DNA of 64,000 nt from Candidatus Abyssobacteria bacterium SURF_5 (GTDB lineage: Bacteria > Abyssobacteria > SURF-5). Shown here piece after piece: positions 31,158 to 39,335 of this stretch. Every line of letters begins with the position of its first letter. Within the stretch, counting starts at the first letter, position 1. Both the position numbers and the translations under genes were made by a program. Below the pieces are notes generated by a model. The model had not been told where the DNA came from. It worked only from the letters and a program-made list of their open reading frames with translations, and ran no database searches. The stretch is taken from the NCBI GenBank assembly GCA_003598085.1, contig QZKU01000042.1, positions 28,138-92,137 of the forward strand. The letters are read 5' to 3'.

Positions 31158-32987
31158 TTATGAGGCTTTTCGAGTGACGGTGATTGGCACAGTCACAAAG
31201 CCGGAGATTTCATAATCGGTGGTCACATGCTCTTCGAGAAGGATGCTCGAGCGGGTTATCCCGATCGGTTCCTTCCCGATGGTTTGGGAAAGCACGGAGA
31301 AGATGGATGAAGGCAGCGCCGCCATTTCTTCTCCGTTGATGACCACTCCCGGATCGGTAATGAGCAGGCGGATATCGATCCGATTGCCGGGATAGGGCTC
31401 ATTGATGAGCTCAAGAAGATGCTCGATACTGGTTGGCCTGAGCGAGTATGGATTGCGCATGCTTTCAAAAGCAGCCGTTTGAGAGGCGGCCGATATCTGC
31501 AAGAACGCCTGTCCCTCGGGGAAGTTGTCCGGTATCTTCAGACTGACATCCTGCTCCAAGTTCGCTTTCATGTATGGCTGCATGATGATCTTGAGGTCGA
31601 TTGTTTCACCCGGCTCCAGCGTGTTCTTCCAAATACGAACGCCGGTGATCTGAGCGGTATCGACCGCTTCCTTCACGTCGACGTTAATGGACACCTTCTT
31701 GAGGGTCAGTTCCTCGAACTCGTTATTGAGCAGACTGCTCAGGTCCCGGAAAAGTCCCAGCGAGGCCAGCATAGGCAGGCCGCCGAGGCCGGAGACGAAG
31801 TCGTCATTGCTGACGGTAGGATACTTATCCATCTCGATATCGTAATGGATGGAGGCGGCGAATTTGCCGAAATTGTTGTAGGCGCTCGTGAACGAGCCGC
31901 TCAAGGCCATTCCCACCAGCGGCGCGAGCAGTTGCCGATTGCGCGCCACCTCAAAATGATATTCTTGCGGCGGCTCGCCTTGCACATGAACCCGCAACTC
32001 GACGGGCACCATGCTTGGGGATCCGCCGAGAATGCCGGCAATGCCGGTGCTGCGATCCTGGACCAGTGCGCCGACTGACTTAAGGGCAGTGCTCATCTTG
32101 GAGGATACAACCATGCTGGACAGCACCGTGTGCACGTATGCGGTTGTCATTGGCAGATCTATCGGTCCCGACAGCATGAAAGGATGCCCGAAGGCGAGTA
32201 TTTTCCCGTTATCGTTGAGCGTGACGGTTCCGATAGCCGAGGCGGACAAATCGCCGCGCACGAGTTGAACGCCGATAGCCGATCCTTCTTCGAAGGGGAC
32301 TTCGAGACCTGAAAGATGCTCGGCGAACGAACCTCCGATCACGGGGACGACGCCATAGCCTTCAAGTTGGGGTTTGAAGAATTCAATAGCTTCCGGCGAG
32401 AAGCCGGAAAAAACCATCGGGGTCATGATGGGTTTCATGGTCGCATATTCGCTATTGATTACCGGAAGTGCGACTTTATAATTGGCTGTCTCGGCCCATC
32501 CTTTTTGGCCGGAAGCGCCGGTCCTTGTTATTGTTTTCTGTTCGCCGGCACGTTCGAACTTGAAAATGTCGAGCATCTCTCGAATCGGCGTGATGCCGGC
32601 GATTGCCTCTTTTGAGAAGGGCCAGGAATATGCAAGCGCTCCGATGATGCGGCCGTCGATATAGACGGGGCTGCCGCTCATTCCCGCGATTACGCCGGAG
32701 ACCGCGATCGGTCCGCCGGAGATGCGCGCAAGGATGAGGTCGCTGCGCGGGGAAACGTTGTAGACGACGCTGAGTATTTCCACATCGAACCGTTCGATGG
32801 TGGTGCCGGAGAAGACGGTCAGGCCGTATCCTTTCATGCCGGGCTTGACCTCGTCGACGAACATAAACCGATCCTCAGCGGATACGGCTTCCGGCTCCGA
32901 CATTTCCGCAAAAACGGAAGCGCCAAGTGGAAAAATAACGGTCAGCGCCAGGAGAACCACATTAAATTTTCTCAGATGCTTCATCAT
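31158..32987 (-). CDS. SpoIVB-type (S55) serine peptidase, secreted
   Basis: Signal peptide MMKHLRKFNVVLLALTV. GMSGSPVYIDGRIIGALAY matches the SpoIVB catalytic-Ser motif, and GKILAFGHPF matches the His region. ATG at 32987; the track start is 33041. Confidence 0.75.
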   Translation of the reverse strand: MMKHLRKFNVVLLALTVIFPLGASVFAEMSEPEAVSAEDRFMFVDEVKPGMKGYGLTVFSGTTIERFDVEILSVVYNVSPRSDLILARISGGPIAVSGVIAGMSGSPVYIDGRIIGALAYSWPFSKEAIAGITPIREMLDIFKFERAGEQKTITRTGASGQKGWAETANYKVALPVINSEYATMKPIMTPMVFSGFSPEAIEFFKPQLEGYGVVPVIGGSFAEHLSGLEVPFEEGSAIGVQLVRGDLSASAIGTVTLNDNGKILAFGHPFMLSGPIDLPMTTAYVHTVLSSMVVSSKMSTALKSVGALVQDRSTGIAGILGGSPSMVPVELRVHVQGEPPQEYHFEVARNRQLLAPLVGMALSGSFTSAYNNFGKFAASIHYDIEMDKYPTVSNDDFVSGLGGLPMLASLGLFRDLSSLLNNEFEELTLKKVSINVDVKEAVDTAQITGVRIWKNTLEPGETIDLKIIMQPYMKANLEQDVSLKIPDNFPEGQAFLQISAASQTAAFESMRNPYSLRPTSIEHLLELINEPYPGNRIDIRLLITDPGVVINGEEMAALPSSIFSVLSQTIGKEPIGITRSSILLEEHVTTDYEISGFVTVPITVTRKAS

Positions 32988-33185
32988 CCTGCTTCTTCCT
33001 TCATGCCGCCTTCGGCTGCTTCCGCACATGAGTGAAGTCATTTATCAATATTCACTTAAAATTGTAACGATTTTCAGCGTTTTCGTCAAATTTCGCGTTT
33101 ATGACATATCTAATTGCAAGGAAAAAAATTCCCATTGTTCGGCTTTAGAGGAAATGCTACAATAGGCGCCGCAAGCAAAGAACCC

Positions 33186-34124
33186 ATGAAAACGAGACGT
33201 TCTATGTCCGAATACGCACTTACCGTCGAAAACCTTCGCAAGTTTTATGGCAATATTTGTGCCGTAGACGGCATCTCTTTTTCGATCCAACGCGGAACCA
33301 TCTTTTGTCTGGTTGGCCCGAACGGCGCCGGTAAAACGACAACGATGGAAATGATCGAGGGCCTGAAAGAACCGGATTCGGGCGAAATCCGCTTGTTGGG
33401 GATGCAGATTCCGCAGGAGATCGACCGGGTCAAGCAGTTGATCGGGGTCCAACTGCAGACCACCGGCCTTTTTGAACGTTTGAAGGTAAAGGAAATTGTT
33501 GATCTATTCCGTTCTTTTTATGCGCATCCGGTTCCGGCTGAACAAGTGCTCGAGGCTGTCTCGCTCAGGACGAAAGAGGACCAGTTCGTAACGGCGCTTT
33601 CGGGGGGGCAGCAGCAGCGCTTGGCGCTTGCGCTCGCACTGGTTAATGATCCCGAAATTGTTTTTCTTGATGAGCCCACGGCCGGGTTGGATCCGCAGGC
33701 GCGGCATGAGGTATGGCGCCTGATCGAGTCCATCAAGGATCGGGGTAAGACCATTTTCTTTACTACGCATTATATGGATGAAGCCGAAAAACTCAGTGAC
33801 GAAGTTGCAATCATCGATAACGGGAAAATAATTGCAATCGATGCGCCGCGAGAACTTGTGGCCGGGTTGAATAAGGAGCATGTCATCCAGTTCACTGTGG
33901 AACCAGGTGTGAGCGGGGAAATTTTTTCCCAGTTGCACAAAGTTGGGGCCGTAAGTATGGCCAACGGCAATGTGGTGCTTTATACGGCTGATGTCAAGGA
34001 GTGCCTCATCGAACTGCTGAATCTCTCTCAACAGAAGGGGTTGGATATCAGGGACATGCAGTTTCGCAGCCCTTCTCTCGAAGATGTTTTTCTGGAGCTT
34101 ACAGGTAAAATGCTGCGGGAGTAA
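33186..34124 (+). CDS. ABC transporter ATP-binding protein (ABC-2/NatA-like), with no adjacent permease
   Basis: Walker A GPNGAGKTTT, signature LSGGQQQRLA, Walker B VFLDEPTAGLD. ATG at 33186. Confidence 0.9.
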   Translation: MKTRRSMSEYALTVENLRKFYGNICAVDGISFSIQRGTIFCLVGPNGAGKTTTMEMIEGLKEPDSGEIRLLGMQIPQEIDRVKQLIGVQLQTTGLFERLKVKEIVDLFRSFYAHPVPAEQVLEAVSLRTKEDQFVTALSGGQQQRLALALALVNDPEIVFLDEPTAGLDPQARHEVWRLIESIKDRGKTIFFTTHYMDEAEKLSDEVAIIDNGKIIAIDAPRELVAGLNKEHVIQFTVEPGVSGEIFSQLHKVGAVSMANGNVVLYTADVKECLIELLNLSQQKGLDIRDMQFRSPSLEDVFLELTGKMLRE

Positions 34125-34168
34125 AAGTTGGGATAAGGATAGCCGGGAAAACGCGACGGAAAACAGGA

Positions 34169-34513
34169 TCAGCCGAACAAGTCCAGGCGCCGCCCCAAGG
34201 CTCTTTGGCCCGTTTGCTGCTGAAGATCAGCGTTAAGCAGAGGAGTTCGCTCGCCGTCTATCTTGGTGTCTTCTGTTTGCAGACCGCCGACGGCTGAATC
34301 CAAGGTGTTTACCTGCGCCTGATCGCCGCGCGAGCCGCGAACAGTATCTTCCGCCCCTAGCCCGGCAGTCGAGTTATTCACTCCGGTTTTTGCCGGGCGC
34401 ACCGGATTCAGCGCCGGATCTAGTTGATTCGGCAATGCGGTGGTAAAAGCGAGAGGATTTAGGCTTCGTTGACCCATTGGTGAAATTATACCATCCAAAT
34501 AGGGTTTAGTCAA
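34169..34513 (-). CDS. Hypothetical protein, apparently disordered (uncertain)
   Basis: 114-aa ORF rich in Gly, Gln, Asn, Thr and Pro. No motif. Confidence 0.3.
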   Translation of the reverse strand: MTKPYLDGIISPMGQRSLNPLAFTTALPNQLDPALNPVRPAKTGVNNSTAGLGAEDTVRGSRGDQAQVNTLDSAVGGLQTEDTKIDGERTPLLNADLQQQTGQRALGRRLDLFG

Positions 34514-34587
34514 TCTTTGACAACTCTCCTTTCCTCTTGACGACAGCCGGTCGCGGCAGCATCATTTTGCAGATAACTTGAAGGAAA

Positions 34588-35271
34588 ATGATGGGAACAC
34601 GAAGAATGACATATGCGACCTGGTTGGGGGCGGTAATTTGCTTATTTTTTTTGCAGTCGTGCGCCCTAGTCGGACTGGTTCCGCTTTATCAGGAATCGGT
34701 GAAAGATGGCCAAGATATTTATACCATTCCTGCCGAAGACACGTGGCCGGCGGGGCCTCTTCCGGTAGCGATCGGAGCGATGGCGGCAAATCGAGCGGCG
34801 CTGGCTTATCTCGAGGAGGGCCCGCAGAGACTGTCTGCCCCCACGCAAGAGATGGAAACCATTTCAGGTGACGGTGCTGGAAGCTCTGATTTATTTTCCC
34901 TGGAGGAGCTAGGAACGGAGCTTCAGACAATTGTCTCGACTGTGATTTCCGATGACGAACTTTTCGAGGCGTTTATTCTTGACGAGGAATCGGGACGCCC
35001 TCGGATCGTGTGGGAGGCGGCGCACATTTCTGGTAGAGACGTACGATACCATGTCGGCGGGACGCTCAGCCTTGACCAAAGATCAAATAGACTTCGCATG
35101 CACTTGCGCCTGACGGACAGCCAGACCGGCCAATTGATTGGAACAGCATCGCGGGCGGGGCTTACAGTTGATGAAGCCGCCGAACATGCTGCTGAAGGGA
35201 TTCTGACGTGGTTGAAAAACGACGTCAGACTTTATTTGATCAAAGCCGAGCAGGCGCGGCAGCAGGATTGA
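34588..35271 (+). CDS. Putative lipoprotein
   Basis: 227 aa. The signal peptide ends in the lipobox-like LQSC. No family recognised. Confidence 0.6.
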   Translation: MMGTRRMTYATWLGAVICLFFLQSCALVGLVPLYQESVKDGQDIYTIPAEDTWPAGPLPVAIGAMAANRAALAYLEEGPQRLSAPTQEMETISGDGAGSSDLFSLEELGTELQTIVSTVISDDELFEAFILDEESGRPRIVWEAAHISGRDVRYHVGGTLSLDQRSNRLRMHLRLTDSQTGQLIGTASRAGLTVDEAAEHAAEGILTWLKNDVRLYLIKAEQARQQD

Positions 35272-35290
35272 GACGGGGTAGTTGGTGTGG

Positions 35291-35496
35291 ACACGGACAC
35301 ACGGACACACGGACGAGCACGGACTGACACGGACGGCACGGACACAAAAACGGGAAGCGACCGAAGACAGGGCAGACGGAGAGAAAGAGGCGGGCGAGGG
35401 GGGGACAGGCGACACAGACACAGGGACGAACACGGACACACGGACGGGCACGGACGCAAAAGAGGGAAGCGACCGAAGACAGGGATACACGGCGGG
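35291..35496 (+). repeat. CACGGAC-family short tandem repeat array, locus 2 (composite)
   Basis: Two blocks with 6 and 3 exact CACGGAC cores at 8-10 nt spacing. Each block is followed by the exact 21-mer GGGAAGCGACCGAAGACAGGG (35352-35372 and 35464-35484). It starts 20 nt after the lipoprotein stop codon. Confidence 0.9.
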
Positions 35497-35546
35497 AGAA
35501 AAGCAGCGCGAGATTTGGCCAGATATATAAGAGCTTGGATACAGGA

Positions 35547-36746
35547 TCACTTCTCGCAGAGGCAGTCCTGATCGAGAATGGCTGGTTCGATCGGCATCGC
35601 CGAAAGCAGCTCATTCCCGTTCTGCGTGATCAGAAGCGGTCTCTCCAATCTGAATCCGGCGACACCCGGCCGGTTCGCGACGATTGCAATCATCTGGATG
35701 TAATTGGGTTTCAGTTCGAACTCCGGCTCCGTGTTGCCCTCCTGCGGGTATTCGACGACGCACGGGTACCATTCGTGTCCGAAGTGGCCGATGCCGTGGC
35801 CGTAGCCGGGCAGCACGATGTCGTCCCAGTTGTTCTTCGCCACGAACGAAGTGACCTTTTGTGCGACCTCGCCGAGCGTGATGCCGGGCTGCATGGCGTC
35901 GATCAGCGTGTGGCACGTCTCGACGTAAGCGGCGGCTATTTCCTTCTGTTTTGTGGTGGGCCTGCCGACGAAGACATTGTGTGAGACGTCGCCGAGCATC
36001 AGCCCGTACATGGCATGAATATCGAGAAGGACAGCGTCGCCGCATTGAATGATCTTGTCGGTCGCAGGAGTGCACCCTCCCATCGCGTAGGCGGTGCGGT
36101 AGCCGGAGGCGATCTCCATTCCGCCGGTGAACGTCCAGGCGAATTCGCTGCCTGCATCGCGCGCCGCTTTCTCGGCGATGCCGGCGACCTGTTTTTCGGT
36201 CATGCCGGCGCGCAGTTCACGCAGCACGGCCTCATGGGCGGTGTCGCAGATGGCGCTTGCCTGGCGCATCAGCTTGACTTCTTCGTCTTCCTTAATGAGC
36301 GTGAGCTGATCGAAGACGTCGGCCGCATTCACCAGTTTTGCATTGGGCAGCCGGTAGCGGAGTTCCTCGTATTCGGCAAGGGTGATGTAGCCTTCGGGAA
36401 GATACGAACTCGAGCCGCTCTCGATGCCGATTGTGCCGCGCTCGAGGCCAAGGTCGGATATCTGCGTGACGATTGATTCGACGAAACCGGCCCCCTGTGA
36501 CGGTCCATATGGGATAACTACATTAAGCCATGAATCGTCTTTGACGCGCTCCGCATCGAGCATCAGCGTGATCAGGCGCGGCTCGCTGTCAGCGGGAATA
36601 ATGGCGACGCTGCGCCAGGGAACGAACGCGCCGGAGACATGCGTGATGGTTTTCAGCCGCGTCCCCACGAGGCAGTCGATTTTCTTTTGTTTCAGCGCCT
36701 CGCGAATTCGTTCGAGGCGTTCGGCGTATTTGATATAGGTGAACAT
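35547..36746 (-). CDS. M24-family metallopeptidase (Xaa-Pro dipeptidase/creatinase-like)
   Basis: Creatinase-like N-domain plus a pita-bread domain (LLDIHAMYG..GDVSHN, GHGIGHFGHE, ERPLLIT). ATG 36746 is preceded by GGAGA. The track start is 36839. Confidence 0.85.
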   Translation of the reverse strand: MFTYIKYAERLERIREALKQKKIDCLVGTRLKTITHVSGAFVPWRSVAIIPADSEPRLITLMLDAERVKDDSWLNVVIPYGPSQGAGFVESIVTQISDLGLERGTIGIESGSSSYLPEGYITLAEYEELRYRLPNAKLVNAADVFDQLTLIKEDEEVKLMRQASAICDTAHEAVLRELRAGMTEKQVAGIAEKAARDAGSEFAWTFTGGMEIASGYRTAYAMGGCTPATDKIIQCGDAVLLDIHAMYGLMLGDVSHNVFVGRPTTKQKEIAAAYVETCHTLIDAMQPGITLGEVAQKVTSFVAKNNWDDIVLPGYGHGIGHFGHEWYPCVVEYPQEGNTEPEFELKPNYIQMIAIVANRPGVAGFRLERPLLITQNGNELLSAMPIEPAILDQDCLCEK

Positions 36747-36939
36747 GATCGGTCTCCTTCGAATGTGGTGGTATTCCCCATTCCTGGATGCTGCGACTGT
36801 GACAGATGTAATTTTGGGGAGAGGAATGGGGGGCTGCATGTTTGCAATGACAGGGGAATTCTATCTGGCGGGATGCCGGTTGTCAATCCTTTTGTGGCGA
36901 GGGGCGCGACTGGAGGCGCGACGCCCGCTTATGTGATGC

Positions 36940-36968
36940 TTGACAATTGGTTCCGCACGTTTTATGAT
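36940..36968 (+). promoter_or_regulatory. Sigma70-type promoter for the VOC / aconitase X operon
   Basis: TTGACA (36940-36945), a 17-nt spacer, then TATGAT (36963-36968), 52 nt upstream of ATG 37021. A direct repeat GGCGCGAC-TGGA-GGCGCGAC lies just upstream (36903-36922). Confidence 0.45.
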
Positions 36969-37020
36969 GCCCGTGCCAGAGAGCCAATTTCATGTACGTG
37001 GAAAGGACCGGAGAATCAAC

Positions 37021-37470
37021 ATGTTAAAAGAAGTCCATCATACCGGCTTGAGCGTGACCGACATTGACCGGTCGCTCGAGTTGTACCGCGACATTTTAGG
37101 ATTTGAGATCCAGTGGGATGCCACGATCGAAAACATTCCGGAGTTCGGCACCGTGATCAGTCTGCCGGGCGTGAAGGAGCGCATCTGCATGATGCGGCTG
37201 AACAACTGTCGGATCGAGTTGTTCCAGTTCTACGAGCCGAAGGGCAAGAAAATTGAGCGGCGCCAGTGCGACCTCGGGTACATGCATGTTGCGTTCGTAG
37301 TTGATGAACTCGAAGAAATCTGCCGAAAGCTGAGGGAGAAGGGGATCGAGTTTTATTCGAAGCCGCAGGACCTGGGGATTTATGAGGTCGTTTTCTTCAA
37401 GGGCTTCGACGGCGAGACGATCGAGTTGATGAGGCCGAAAATAGGAGAGTTTTCGAAGCCCAAATCTTAA
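37021..37470 (+). CDS. VOC (glyoxalase/bleomycin-resistance/dioxygenase) family protein
   Basis: MLKEVHHTGLSVTDIDRSLELYRDILGF ... HVAFVV ... is the typical paired beta-alpha-beta-beta-beta module. ATG at 37021. Confidence 0.8.
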   Translation: MLKEVHHTGLSVTDIDRSLELYRDILGFEIQWDATIENIPEFGTVISLPGVKERICMMRLNNCRIELFQFYEPKGKKIERRQCDLGYMHVAFVVDELEEICRKLREKGIEFYSKPQDLGIYEVVFFKGFDGETIELMRPKIGEFSKPKS

Positions 37471-37511
37471 AGCCGTGGGGCCAGCCCATTCACAGATCAC
37501 AGGAGACGCCG

Positions 37512-38735
37512 ATGAAATTGACCAAACAACAGCGGGCGATGCTCGAGGGCGAGCAGGGGCCGATCATCGCGATGGCGATGAATTACTTGGTGAAATACGG
37601 TGAGGCAATGAGCGCGGAGAAGCTGATTCCCGTTCAGAACGTGCACACCGTATTCACAATACCGATGGGCGGAGACGCCGAGCAGGTGGTAGGCCTGCTG
37701 AAGATGTTCGGCCAGCACCGCGTAAAGGTGCCGACGACGACCCACGTCGGCTTCCTCGATTTCAGGAAATGGCGCGAGTTCGGCATCGAGGAATCACGCT
37801 ATGAGCTGCAGGCTTCGCTCGTTCCGATCGCCGCGCAGGCGGGCATCCAGCTTACCTGGACGTGCGCGCCGGAGATCATGGGCAACGCTCCGCTGAAGGG
37901 GCAGACCTGCGCGTGGATGGAATCGGCCGCGATCAGCTATGCGAACGGCATCCTCGGCGCGAGAACTAATCGCGAGGGCGCGGAATCGACGATGCCGGCG
38001 GCTGTCACCGGCTTCATCCCGTATTTCGGCAACCACATCACCAAGAACCGTCGCGGCACGATTCTGATTGAGGTCGAAGCCGACCTGGAAAATCTGTCCG
38101 ACTGGGGCACGCTCGGCTACTTTGGAGGAGAACAGGCGGGGCTCGGAGTTCCCGTCTTCAAAAACTGCCGTGTGCCCGCGCTCGAGGAAGCGAAGGAACT
38201 GTGCGCCGCGCTTGCGACCGAAGGCGGCGTCGGCATGTTTCATATAGCCGGAATCACTCCCGAAGCGCCGACGGTCGAGGCCGCTTTTCAGGGCCGCAAG
38301 CCGAAGAGCCGGCACAAATTCACCAACAAAGAGAAGAAGCGAATTTACAAGCGGCTGAATAATTGTCCCTCGCCCGAGGTGGACATCGTGATGCTCGGGT
38401 GCCCGCATGCTACGTTGACGGAGATCGTCGAGGCGGCTCACCTGCTTGATGGGCGGAAAGTTTCTCCGAACACGCAGTTCTGGGTCTGTACGACCGAATC
38501 GATCCGCGCATACGCCGAGAAGCTTGGGTATGACAAAATGATTTCCGATGCCGGCGGCAAGATCATGGCCGATACCTGCCCGTGCATCAGTCAGATCGAG
38601 ATGGCGCGCAACAAGAGGTACATGACGAATTCGGTAAAGCAGGCATATTATGCGCCGGGGCAGATCGGGGCGCAGGTGCATTTCGCGAATACGCGCGATT
38701 GTGTCGAGGCGGCGATAAAAGGAAGAAGGAGCTGA
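37512..38735 (+). CDS. Aconitase X catalytic (large) subunit, DUF521 family
   Basis: 407 aa. MKLTKQQRAMLEGEQG N-terminus and conserved Cys-containing regions (GCPHATL, DTCPC) typical of AcnX large subunits. Confidence 0.8.
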   Translation: MKLTKQQRAMLEGEQGPIIAMAMNYLVKYGEAMSAEKLIPVQNVHTVFTIPMGGDAEQVVGLLKMFGQHRVKVPTTTHVGFLDFRKWREFGIEESRYELQASLVPIAAQAGIQLTWTCAPEIMGNAPLKGQTCAWMESAAISYANGILGARTNREGAESTMPAAVTGFIPYFGNHITKNRRGTILIEVEADLENLSDWGTLGYFGGEQAGLGVPVFKNCRVPALEEAKELCAALATEGGVGMFHIAGITPEAPTVEAAFQGRKPKSRHKFTNKEKKRIYKRLNNCPSPEVDIVMLGCPHATLTEIVEAAHLLDGRKVSPNTQFWVCTTESIRAYAEKLGYDKMISDAGGKIMADTCPCISQIEMARNKRYMTNSVKQAYYAPGQIGAQVHFANTRDCVEAAIKGRRS

Positions 38736-38770
38736 TCTTCAGCAAGCCGGAAAGAAGGGGATAAAGCGCA

Positions 38771-39187
38771 ATGGCGAAAACATTGACAATAAAAGGCAGG
38801 AAGGTGGTCGGCGGGCAGGCGGAGGGCGAGGCTCTGATCGCGGATGAGCGTGTCTCGTTCTGGGGCGGAACGGACCCCACGCGCGGCGTCGTTCATGAAG
38901 TCGGCAGCAAGTTCGAGGGCAAAAGCTTTGCCGGAAAAGTCTTCATTTTCCGATTCACGAAAGGCTCTTCAGGCACGTCGGCCTACATCAATATCGCAGC
39001 CCGGCTCGGAGTCGCACCCGCGGCCATCATCAATACGGAACTCGATTCGCTCTGTGTGCTCGGATGCGCGATTGCCGACATCCCGATGATGACCGATCTC
39101 GATAAAGACCCGTTCAAGGTCATCAAGAACGGCGACTGGATCAAGCTTGATGCGGACGCAGGCACGATCGAAGTGACAAAGAAATAG
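38771..39187 (+). CDS. Aconitase X swivel (small) subunit, DUF126 family
   Basis: 138 aa. GEALIADERVSFWGGTDP..G and FTKGSSGTS motifs. It follows the large subunit directly. Confidence 0.8.
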   Translation: MAKTLTIKGRKVVGGQAEGEALIADERVSFWGGTDPTRGVVHEVGSKFEGKSFAGKVFIFRFTKGSSGTSAYINIAARLGVAPAAIINTELDSLCVLGCAIADIPMMTDLDKDPFKVIKNGDWIKLDADAGTIEVTKK

Positions 39188-39335
39188 CCCCAAGATTTAT
39201 TTGCCGAACTCCGAAGAAAGATTGCATCGGCAAGCGCAGTTCCAAGCGGTCCCGCCGAATGATGTGGATTATAGCATCTCGAACACACCCCATACAGGAT
39301 AGCGTTAAAGTGATATTCGAAACTGAAAGGCAATA

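Noticed and set aside
35291-35496. CRISPR array interpretation of the CACGGAC repeats (also loci at 18488 and 49593)
   Set aside because: The units are only 8-10 nt with no unique spacers. There are no cas genes in the window. These are tandem microsatellite-like arrays.
35282-35571. Repeat-encoded ORFs (TRTHGHTDEHG..., DTDTRTHGRARTDTD..., and the minus-strand PCPSVCPC... ORFs) as real proteins
   Set aside because: Several frames on both strands are open only because the repeat lacks stop codons. The translations are pure low-complexity. The same applies to 18218-18706 and 49160-49672.
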